Below are positions 37,829-49,800 of a DNA stretch of 64,000 nucleotides, piece after piece. Source of the stretch: Balanoglossus misakiensis (lineage: Eukaryota; Animalia; Hemichordata); contig CM082588.2 in NCBI GenBank assembly GCA_040954595.2, positions 8,230,844-8,294,843 on the forward strand, given 5' to 3'. The notes below the pieces were generated by a model, which searched no databases, was not told the origin of the DNA, and was given only the letters and a program-made list of their open reading frames with translations. Every line of letters begins with the position of its first letter. Within the stretch, counting starts at the first letter, position 1. The position numbers and the translations under genes are program-made.

Positions 37829-40800
37829 ATTTACCTCTAATATTACAGCCTTTTCATCTTCTACGGCATCTTCTGGAACTTCGATGCTTATCCGTTCGTC
37901 TTTTTTTGAGGTAAATTTTCCACCTTCTTTGCTGATATCAAATGAGTCTTTATAAGGTCTTGATATTGCGATGAAAAGTGAAAAATGGCACACTTCTGCC
38001 TTGATATGATTGTTTTCCTGAATATGAATCAACATTTAATGGAAACACTTTTACTTTTAGTGTGTGGTCAGAAACTTCGTGAACAACTGATTAGCACTTT
38101 TGATTGATGGTGGTATATCTGCTATTTTCTCAGAGACGGTGTTTTGTTTTGCTAAATGGAAGGTCAGTAGGCTGTAATGACTGACAATTTACATGTCCAT
38201 GGATACATACATGCAAATATCCCATACAAATATATATTTACTGAAATGCAATAATGGTAAAGTTATAAGTAGTAAAACTTGACTGTGTAGATCTGTGATA
38301 TATGTACCATACGTACTTCAACAGTTTTCAACTCTTCCCATGTTTCACCATTTTTGCTTGTCAGGATTATCTGTTCTCTCTCAAACGGCTGAACATTTAA
38401 ACACTTCCTCACAAGGTAGACTGGTTTCTTTAGTGTAATGTGATCTGCCTCAATATCAAGGACATCTGACTGATACCATTCAAAGTCTGCAAGAGGGACC
38501 TTGGTGACGTTATGGTTACATGTGACCAATAATGTTGTGTCTTCTTCTACACATGCTGATGGGACTTCGAGTGAAAATCCACATGGTAATTTGTAGGAAC
38601 GTCTTTCCTTTAATGGAAAAGGAAAAAATTATATTACAAAACCAGAAATGGGGCTGGAAATCACCCCCCCCCCTCCCCATTGAATGCTAAACTGTAACTA
38701 AATTCTGTCATAAAACTCGAATGCATTTGCAAGCAAAAGCGAAGTTCCAGAGACCAGATCTATTTTATATAATATTTCAAGGCCTTCAAAAATGAACAGT
38801 TTGAATAGAAAAAGCAATGCATATATGCTAACCTGTCGGGTGCATGCACTGTTGCAAGCTGAAAATAGTACATATCATAGTTTCACAATTTGTAGATGTC
38901 CATTGAAAATTGTTTCAACCCATCTAGAATACTGTTTAAATACAATTTATCAACATAATCAGTACGTGTGGTATGTATTGCAAACAACCTATTCAGAAAG
39001 AATACTTTGTTGTACAAATTCATTAAAATACATCAATTTTACGTCAATCATCATGCCTACCTGATTAGCAGCAATAAGCTGAAGCAATCTTTGGTCTTGC
39101 ATATCCTCTGAAATGCAGATATGTTAGGGTAGTAGTTGTATTTACTAAGATATGATTACTGTTCCTGTTTTAACATAATTCCAGCTTGAAATTGTAAATT
39201 TCTCCGGTTTCAAGTCTGTGAGACTTGCATGGTTTTTTTCACTTGATATGCACTGACCTTCTACATATTTCTGCACGTCATAATACCCTAATTGACTTGT
39301 TATTATTTGTGAATTGATCTGTTGAAGATGCAGAATAAAACATCCACTTTTTGAAATAAACATTTCTGTAGTAATTACTGAGCTCAGAATCCCCTCAAAG
39401 TATATATTTTCAGAAAGATTAGATATAGGGAAACATTTTGGTTATTTCAGTGTGATCATTGTTTACACAACTATCACAATCATAACAGATGGATTAGGTC
39501 GGATTAGAATATATCAATTCACAAAAGTGACAGGAATATACAGGTTCACATCACATCACACCGCATCACATCACACCACATCACATCACATCGCATCGCA
39601 TCGCATCGCATCGCATCACATGTATATAGCACAATTATTTCGCAATGAACGTAAATTACTGGCAAGAAAACCAAAGTGAAACGCAATGTTTTTGATTGAC
39701 TCTGTACTTAATTTTTGCTCATGGACCCCACCGTATACTGTAATAGAAGAACACTCAGTTCCCAGCCTTCGATGGTCAAGTATATTGTCAGAATTGAAGA
39801 TATAGGCAACACCAATCTGATTAAAATCATATGAGAAGATAGGCGCTAGTAGACCATGAGCCAGTAGGGGTTTACCCCCCCCCCCCCCCGGGGGAATTTT
39901 TGAGACAATGTTTTTCTGAAAGCCTATCATATAATGAGTAAAATTCCCTTTGTTTGCCATCTGGGCACCGGGGCGTTTTCGAGTTATTGGCTTCTAAATT
40001 ATATTGGGTAACGTATGTAGAAAAGCCTAAAAGTGCATATAAATTGACGTAGGGGGTAAATTAGTCTTGTAAAATATTGTCTCTCTGAATGTATACCTTG
40101 AACAACAGGGAAGTATTTGGTATCAAAAGAAAGCTTAGTAAACAAGCTTTCCATTAATTACAAAATAAAAGTGATATGACAAATCATGACATCATAGTGA
40201 CGTCATAAGTCAAAATACCCTTACGAAAATGGTGTTCTGTTCACCTATAAATGTGAGGTTTTGCAAAACATGTCTCTGAGCAATTGTACTGTGATGTGTT
40301 TGGTATCAACAGAAAGCTGATTGAGTAAAGTATCTAATTATTGCAAAAAATTGATATAATAATCAATTACGTCATCATTACGTCAAACTTCCAAGTACCC
40401 TTACCAATTAGTGACTATGATGACAAGTTATTACCCTAGGAGATAGGTGCCTTTAAATAAAAAAAATTGGTAAGGAAGGTTTGTGAAGTCCATTCTATGT
40501 AAAAAATAGTGCTGATTCCAAAAAAGGCAGTCTTATTGACCCCACCCAAGACAAAATTGCCATTTTGGCACTTTTTAACCCAAAAAAGGTCATTTTTAGA
40601 ACACACTAAAAACACACTGTTTTCGTCACATTCGAAGATCTGATGACATATGATATGCCTGTTCTATGTAAAATTTGGTTGATATTACGAAAAAAGCAGT
40701 CTGACTGACCCCAAACGAGACAGAATTGCCTTTTTGACCATTTTTTGCACAAAAATGTCATTTTTAGACAAAACTTAAAACACACTCTTCTCTTCATATT

Positions 40801-43800
40801 GATTGATTTGATGATATATGGAAAGTCAATTCTATGTGTAAAATGGTGACTATAAAACATAAAGCAGTCTTTTTGACCCCAATCAATACAAAAATGCCAT
40901 TTTTGGCCACATTTTTGAGGTCAAAAAGGTCATTTTTACAAAAAAAACTAAAAACAAACTGTTTTTTTCATATTCAGAGAACTGATTATGTATGAAAAGT
41001 CCATTCTATGTAAAAAAAAAATCTGATTGACCCCATTCTAGTCAAAATTGCGTTTTTGGCAATTTATTGCCTAAAAAGACCTACTAAAGACAAATTTATC
41101 ATTTTAAACATTTTCTAGAAAAAAAATGTTTGCAACTAAAAATAAATAAAAGTCCATTCTATCTTAAAAGTAGCGATTTTTCCAAAAAAGCACTCTTACA
41201 GACTCCACAGAGGGAAAAATGCCATTTTGGCCACTTTGCTCAAAAAAGGTAACTGTTTGAAACTTCTTTCTTTATTTTCAGAGATCTTATGATGTACGGA
41301 GAAGGTCCAATTTTGTTGAAAGGGAGCCGATTCCCAAAAAATTCTTTTCAGCCCTACAAAATTGTCATTTTGGCCATTTTTGGTCAAAAAGGTCATTTCA
41401 AGAAAAAATGAAAACAAGCTGTTTTCTGCGTATTTAAATGTTTGATTATGAATGGAAAGTCCATTTTTTGCAAAAAATATGCTGATACCAACACAACAGT
41501 CTTATTAAGACCCCACTCAATACAAAATTGCCACTAAGCCATCTTCTAGTCAACAATTGTCTTTTTACGAAAACAACATAATAAATAACCTTCTCCGTAC
41601 ATCATAAGATCTCTGAAAATAAAGAAAGAAGTTTCAAACAGTTACCTTTTTTGAGCAAAGTGGCCAAAATGGCATTTTTTCCCTCTGTGGAGTCAGTAAG
41701 AGTGCTTTTTTGGGAAAAATCACTACTTTTAAGATAGAATGGACTTTTATTTATTTTTAGTTGCAAACATTTTTTTCTCTAGAAAATGTTTAAAATGATT
41801 AATTTGTCTTAACTAGGTCTTTTTAGGCAATAAATTGCCAAAAACGCAATTTTGACTAGAATGGGGTCAATCAGATTTTTTTTTACATAGAATGGACTTT
41901 TCATACATAATCAGATCTCTGAATATGAAGAAAACAGTTTGTTTTTAGTTTTTTTTTGTAAAAATGACCTTTTTGACCTCAAAAATGTGGCCAAAAATGG
42001 CATTTTTGTATTGATTGGGGTCAAAAAGACTGCTTTATGTTTTATAGTCACCATTTTACACATAGAATTGACTTTCCATATATCATCAAATCAATCAATA
42101 TGAAGAGAAGAGTGTGTTTTAAGTTTTGTCTAAAAATGACGTTTTTGGGCAAAAAATGGTCAAAAAGGCAATTCTGTCTCGTTTGGGGTCAGTCAGACTG
42201 CTTTTTTCGTAATATCAACCAAATTTTACATAGATTAGGCATATCATATGTCATCAGATCTTCGAATGTGACGAAAACAATGTGTTTTTAGTGTTTTCTA
42301 AAAATGACCTTTTTTGGGTTAAAAAGTGCCAAAATGGCAATTTTGTCTTAGGTGGGGTCAGTCAGACTGCTTTTTTCGTAATATGAACCAAATTTTACAT
42401 AGAATAGGCATATCATATGTCATCAGATCTTCGAATGTGACGAAAACAGTGTGTTTTTAGTGTTTTCTAAAAATGACCTTTTTTGGGTTAAAAAGTGCCA
42501 AAATGGCAATTTTGTCTTGGGTGGGGTCAGTCAGACTGCTATTTTCGTAATATCAACTAAATTTTACATAGAATAGGCATATCATATGTCATCAGATCTT
42601 CGAATGTGACGAAAACAGTGTGTTTTTAGTTTTTTCTAAAAATGACCTTTTTTGGGTTAAAAAGTGCCAAAATGGCATTTTTGTATTGATTGGGGTCAAA
42701 AAGACTGCTTTATGTTTTATAGTCACCATTTTACACATAGAATTGACTTTCCATATATCATCAAATCAATCAATATGAAGAGAAGAGTGTGTTTTAAGTT
42801 TTGTCTAAAAATGACTTTTTGGGCAAAAAATGGTCAAAAAGGCAATTCTGTCTCGTTTGGGGTCAGTCAGACTGCTTTTTTCGTAATATCAACCAAATTT
42901 TACATAGAATAGGATGTCATCAGATCTTCGAATGTGACGAAAACAGTGTGTTTTAGTGTTTTCTAAAAATGACCTTTTTTGGGTTAAAAAGTGCCAAAAT
43001 GGCAATTTTGTCTTGGGTGGGGTCAATAAGACTGCCTTTTTTGGAATCAGCACCATTTTTTACATAGACTGGACTTCACAAACCTTCCTTACCATTTTTT
43101 TTTATTTAAAGGCACCTATCTCCTAGGGTAATAACTTGTCATCATAGTCACTAATTGGTAAGGGTACTTGGAAGTTTGACGCAATGATGACGTAATTGAT
43201 TATTATATCGATTTTTTGCAATAATTAGATACTTTACTCAATCAGCTTTCTGTTGATACCAAACACATCACAGTACAATTGCTCAGAGACGTGTTTTGCA
43301 AAACCTCACATTTATAGGTGAACAGAACACCATTTTCGTAAGGGTATTTTGACTTATGACGTCACTATGATGTCATGATTTGTCATATCACTTTTATTTT
43401 GTAATTAATGGAAAGCTTGTTTACTAAGCTTTCTTTTGATACCAAATACTTCCCTGTTGTTCAAGGTATACATTCAGAGAGACAATATTTTACAAGACTA
43501 ATTTACCCCTTACGTCAATTTATATGCACTTTTAGGCTTTTCTACATACGTTACCCAATATAATTTAGAAACCAATAACTCGAAAACGCCCCGGTGCCCA
43601 GATGGCAAACAAAGTGAATTTTACTCAGTATATGATAGGCTTTCAGAACAACATTGTCTCGAAAATTCCCCCGGGGGGGGGGGGGGGGGAGATAAACCCC
43701 TACTGGCTCATGGTCTATAGTGATCGTTTTGGCTGTTCTGTTCTCACGGATTTGGCTGTTCTGTTCTCTGCGTAACCAGTCTTGGCTATTCTCGGGTGTA

Positions 43801-46800
43801 CGAGCCATTCGAACAGAACAGCCAACCCTAGATGTACATACCTTCGATATTTCTAACTTTGGGTTCATCTTTTAGTTCGACATTTGTCATTGTTAGTTTT
43901 GAACTTTGGTTTTCACTGCTTTCCAGCATTTCTTTCGGATGCTGACATGTCTGCTCAGTTTCTTCACTTTTCCCCTTAAGGGTCGTATATTCGATCGTCT
44001 TGGATTGTAGTAGTTCTCTAATCTCCTTGATTTCGTTAAAGAGCGAAGTGATGACAGAGAGATAGTTGTCTGTCGAGATTGGTTCCAAAACACGAGCAGC
44101 TTCTTCTTTTGAAAAAGACTCTGCCAGAATCTTGTCCGATTCTTTGGTGCCAGTGTTCAAGATGTTGACGCCATTTTGATTGACCAATCTCTTCATTTCT
44201 GATGAGAATGTGATTCAACATTGTTATCAAAATGTTATTTATTCTCGACATGCAAATCAATGGGAGAATAGTGCAAACCTGTCTCTAAGATCATAATTCC
44301 ATATGCAAGCAGATTACCCAAAACAATCCATTTAGAACAATTTTCAGCAGTAAGCTTACTTAATTCACGGTTACTAGAAGAAGACGGTTAGGAAACTCTA
44401 TTGTTCGGAAGGTGTGAACGAGGTGTTAGCTAGGAGAGTACATGTCCAAACCGCTATGTGGGGTTGTATTGGGGAACGTAGCTAATTTTTGAACCCCTTC
44501 ATCTGCCCTTTTTCGTCAGAGTACAGCGCCACTTTTTTTGTACGAGTTCCATGTAGGCTTATGGAGTGCACGGTCATAGTCTGTTGGGCTTGCGACACTC
44601 TACCATTGTTTCTTGGGTGGTTAACTTAAAATCCAGATTCAAATAGCGTCGAATTTTGAACCCCTAGAATTCAACCCTGATGGTCGCATTTCTGTTTTTT
44701 TTTTTTTAAATATATTTAGATATTTTACACCTTTTTGTATTGCATGGGCTATTTCGTTTATTCCAATTGGAATATTTCGTTGAGATTGCATACCCATTTC
44801 GATACAGTCGTTAACATTATCGATATAGCCTTTGGCGGCCATCTTGTTTGTTTTGGTTCGCATCGAATCTCTAGGGCACAGTCAAGACAAAGAATGTATG
44901 GCTTCATCATGTCCTTGAAAGTTCAAAATTGTCATAAATGTGCTGTGACTTTATAAATTATCCACTCTCTGTTCTGTTTTCCTCAAATCTGGTGGTATAC
45001 GTACTGTGCGTGCAATCAATTCCGTAAACATGAGTATGGTTTGCTTTGGATTGTAGGGGTAATGACGTCATTTTGACCGAGCGGTCAGTTATTCTGTCTG
45101 TTTATTCGTATGGCCAGGCTCGTTAGCACCTGATATCTTTCGTTTACACTAAGTGTTTACCGAGGCGAACATCTAACAATGGAGAAAAAATAGTTTCCTA
45201 ACCGTCTTCTTCTAGTAACCGTGCTTAATTTAAAACAATTTGTGGGCCTATTTCAGTGAGAAAAATATCGTAGATCATTTTTTGAACGGAAGGTAAAAAA
45301 TTCTAAATTTAGCTACCAACTACATGTATGTAGTGAACACGGCTTTATTGGAGCTCTGTACATACATTGGTAATAAAGGAGTCCAGGAGTCTTCATCGTT
45401 AACATGAGCGTGTTCATTTGTCCAATACAATATTGTTTGGCCAAATTCCCTGCACTATGAGTTTTATGTTGACTTTAAAGGAATGTTTGTGAACACTGAC
45501 CTTCTCTATCAAATCTGAACGTCTCTCCCTCAGGTAAGGTGATTGAAGACAACTGTTGACTATCCAAAATCAAACACCGTCTGATTCCAAGGACACCAAG
45601 AACTTCTGGCCGTTCATCCAACAACGTAGACAGCTGAAGAGGGCGCTGTATTTTTATCAACAGTACGATTGGTGTATGTGTGTCTCCCACATCAACATCT
45701 ATCACAGCTTCCAAAGTGCCGGAACCACCAAGTAGTTTTGATAAACCGATTCTGTTTTGGCGTGTGGCATAGACATGTCGATCAACCTCCAAGGCAACCA
45801 TTGCACCATTGTCATCTGCAGGCATAACATTGTATAAAGATCGATAATAGGCAAAATATCTGGAATTGTATGTATTCTCATTAAAATGAGCAAATGTTTT
45901 ACTTAATAGTGCGGGAGTATACTTTTTATGGAAACATTTCAAACAAATTTATTATCAGCTATAAGCATAAGAAACCTTTGAGTGATTTTGGTGTTTCGGT
46001 TTATTGAAGCGACATTCCCTTGGGAAAATCAGTTCAAAGTGATGCAAACTAATAATTTAGTTTTAAAATAAATATGCCGGACCATGTTAAGTATAATCAT
46101 TTAGCATGGAATGTCAATTGACGGAAAGAAAAACAAAGCGAAACATAAGTTTTTTAGATCGAACTCTGATATTCGCTTTTGCATCTGAACCCAACAAGTC
46201 TGTAATAGTAAATAAATCCGGTCTATAATCAAAGTTGTCAGGAGTACATTTTGTTTCATTTGGAGCAGATGATATAACGGATGCATGGATATGTTGCAGA
46301 TAACTGCATTACCTTCGATGTTTTTGTCTACAGGTGGCGCAGTTGCAGTTTTCGTTTCCTGAAGTTCATCGATAGTCTGACGTAACTGTCGGATTGTGTC
46401 CTTTAGTTTGATGTTTTCATCCATGGTCGTACGTAACTCTTGATTTTCCTCTTTTACTTTGATATTTATCATGGTTAGTTTTGAACTTTGGTTTTCACTG
46501 CTCTCCAGCAATTCCTCCAGACGCTGACATGTCTGCTCAGTTTCTTCACTTTTCCCCTTAAGGATAGTATATTCCGTCTTCCTGGATTGTAGTAGTTCTC
46601 GAATCTCCTTGTGTTCGTTAAAGAGCGAAGTGATGACAGAGAGATAGTTGTCTGTCGAGATTGGTTCCAAAACACGAGCAGCTCCTTCTTTTGAAAAAGA
46701 TTCCGCCAGAATCTTGTCCGATTCTTTGGTGCCAGTGTTCAAGATGTTGACGCCACTTTGATTGATAAGCCGCTTCAGTTCTAATGAAAATAGTAACATG

Positions 46801-49800
46801 TGATTCAACATTGTTATCAAAATGTTATTTATTCTCGACATGCAAATCAATGGGAGAATAGTGCGAACCTGTCTCTAAGATCATAATTCCATATGCAAGC
46901 AGATTACCCCAAACAATCCATCTAGAACAATTATCAGCAGTAAGCTTACTTAATTTAAAACTATTATGTTGGCAATTGGTGGGCCTATTTCAGTGAGAAA
47001 AATGTCGTGGATCATTTTTTGAACGGAAGGTAAAAAATTCTAAATTTAGCTACCAACTACATGTATGTAGTGAACACGGTTTTATTGGAGCTCTGTAAAT
47101 ACATTGGTAATCAAGGAGTCCAGGAGTCTTCATCGTTAGCATGAGCGTGTTCATTCGTCCAATAAAGTATTGTTTGGCCAACTTCTCTGCGCTACGATTT
47201 TTCTGTTTAATGTTATGTTGGTGAATACTAACCTTCTCTATCATATCTGCATGTCTCTCCCTCTGGTAAGGTGATCGAAGACAACTGTTGGCTATCAAAA
47301 ATCAAACACCGTCTGATTCCAAGGACACCGAGAACTTCTGGCCGTTCATCCAACAACGAAGACAACTGTAGAGGGCGCTGTATTCTTATCAACAGTACGA
47401 TTGGTGTCTGTGTGTCTCCCACATCAACATCTATCTCAGCTTCCAAATTGCCGGAACCACCAAGTAGTTTTGATAAACCGATTCTGTTTTGGCGTGTGGC
47501 ATAGACAGACCTGTCAGTCTCCACGGCAACAACTGCGCTCTTGTCATCTACATTCGCAAACGACACAGAGAAAGGCTCAATAAAGGATATGCATTCTCAT
47601 AAAAGAGTATTTTTCAACAGTATTTTTTCTTCTGGTTGAATCTTTAAGTGCCTATGAAAAAAAACCTATAAACTCATAGCCTGTCAGCTAGAAACAAAAG
47701 CAGTCATAAAAAAACTCAACTTGAAGAATAAGTCTTGTTCTATGCTGCCATCCATAAATAGTAATTACCTTGTTTAGTCAACATCTCTCCAAGTTCTGTA
47801 CTTTTTTCTCCACACAAACCACAGACCTCAGAAGATTTCACTTCCGGTACATAGCCTATAATAATTAAAGTTACGAAATCGTCATGACATATATCGTTGA
47901 ACGCATTTGCAATGTTAACATTGATCCATAAGAACGTGGGCGTACAAGTGAAAAGTTTGACAAGGTGTCAGTCAGTGCAAAGCATTCACATGAAATACAC
48001 ATGAAATCACTTTGAAATGGGTATGAATACAAGAACTTGAAAGTACACGTATTCTGCTGAAAAACACACACAACAAAGAAACGAGTCTGCAATTGAAAAT
48101 AACCAAATGTTTCAGGTAAACTCCTTTAATTCAAACGAATACACAATGTTCGGCAACATTAACTACATTGTTAAACTATTAGACTTGCCTTCCTTGATGT
48201 ACCTGAATTCTGCCAGACATCTTTGATATTTCCATGTCTCTATGGTTGTCTTCAGGTTAACGTCAGACACATTCAGTTTGTGGAGCAATTCGGGTGTGAT
48301 CGTGTCTGCCTTAAACAGATCTCCCAGTATCCCTTGCCTGTAGTCACGCCATAGTCTCTCCACTGACTTTGATGTCTGGCAAGTCAATACAACATTTTCA
48401 CTACCCCGCTTGATTTCTTCAATTTGTATGTTTCCCACACTGTTGAGATGCTCTTTGACTTTTGGTAAATCGGTTTCAGAGCTGATGTTGTTGATTATTT
48501 CATTTTCGATGAGTTCAACCTGGTGTGGAGTCAAGGTTGGACCGGATACCTTAAGCTTGACTACGATTTCTCCTGAAATAACAATATATTGGATCTAAGT
48601 CAGCCGAACATAAACATAGTCAGTGTTCAGGTCTCTTTTCCGGAACAACATTTCGAAACGCCCTATGCCTACGCGCAGAACGCAAACTGGTAATCTGGGC
48701 GTATGTGTCTCTTCCCATAGGATTACATTGAAAATGGCTAGAAAACTCTATTCTACTATTGTCATTTTCATGATTTTTTTTTCACATAGCTAAGTCAAGT
48801 AAAAATAAATTCATTTGTCAAATAAAATCGTATTGTCACCGCACTGTTTTGAGATAAATTTATTAAATATTTTCCCATAGACAAACTATTTGTGAAAAAA
48901 ATGCTGAGTCAGCAGTTTTCTTCTATTATCGACTATATTCATGGCTCTGTATTTCAAAACCAAGCACGGTGACCCCTACATTTTATTACAGATTTTCATT
49001 ATACATACAAAGGAGAATCCAAAAATCCAAAATTAAAAGAAATGACTATACTTTAAATTTTACTGATCGTACATTGGTACCAATTTTAGAGTTGTTTGTA
49101 AAAGTCATATCAAGAAATTCATCTTCATAATAAGGACCAGGAATATGGAGGGGACGTATAGTCATGTTACCCAGATTCGAGTTGTCAGTGTGTTGAACTT
49201 CATGTGTCTGTCCACTGTCAGGATTTTGCTGTCCGCCTCCACCAGTATTCGGATCACTACTTTCGGACCCGTTGTTGCTAGGGACATCTTGGACTTGCTT
49301 TTCGGTTTGGCTGCTCCCGGAATTCAAAGCTTGTTGTCCTTTGTAATGAAATGTTTTCTCTTCCCCTAGTGACAGGTGTGAAATTAGTACTAGAATTTAC
49401 CATTACCCTTCAATTTAAACTATCGATACATAAACACTTCAACATAAAACTTTACTAGCTTTTGTGAATTGAAATGCTGTTTAACACTACGTTGCAACGG
49501 TTAATCTTTGAGTGGCAAAATATGTCTAATATGGCGATTTACTATGTTTCGTTAAAAGGATCGAATAATATTTCTATAAAAACATATACTTAATCGTCTC
49601 TTTTATGTATCACCACTTACCTTTGGAATGCTCTTCAGCAGGGTCATCACATTCTGTAGGACAACGTACACTTTTCAAAAGCTTCTGGTGGTGGTCAGCA
49701 ATAACACCATTCTCAGCAGATAATTGCAGTGCCGTCTTCAGTTCTTGTGCCGCAGTCTTTGCACGGTCATAATCACTTATGATACCATTGACAGCACGTG

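Noticed and set aside
39616-39740. KLSTESIKNIAFHFG resembling the first helix of a death domain
   Set aside because: Too short, no continuation, no convincing donor, and it runs into a microsatellite.
40606-42912. Repeated 82-84 aa ORFs (MFYSHHFTHR...)
   Set aside because: They arise from the foldback subrepeats and show no transposase or other protein features.
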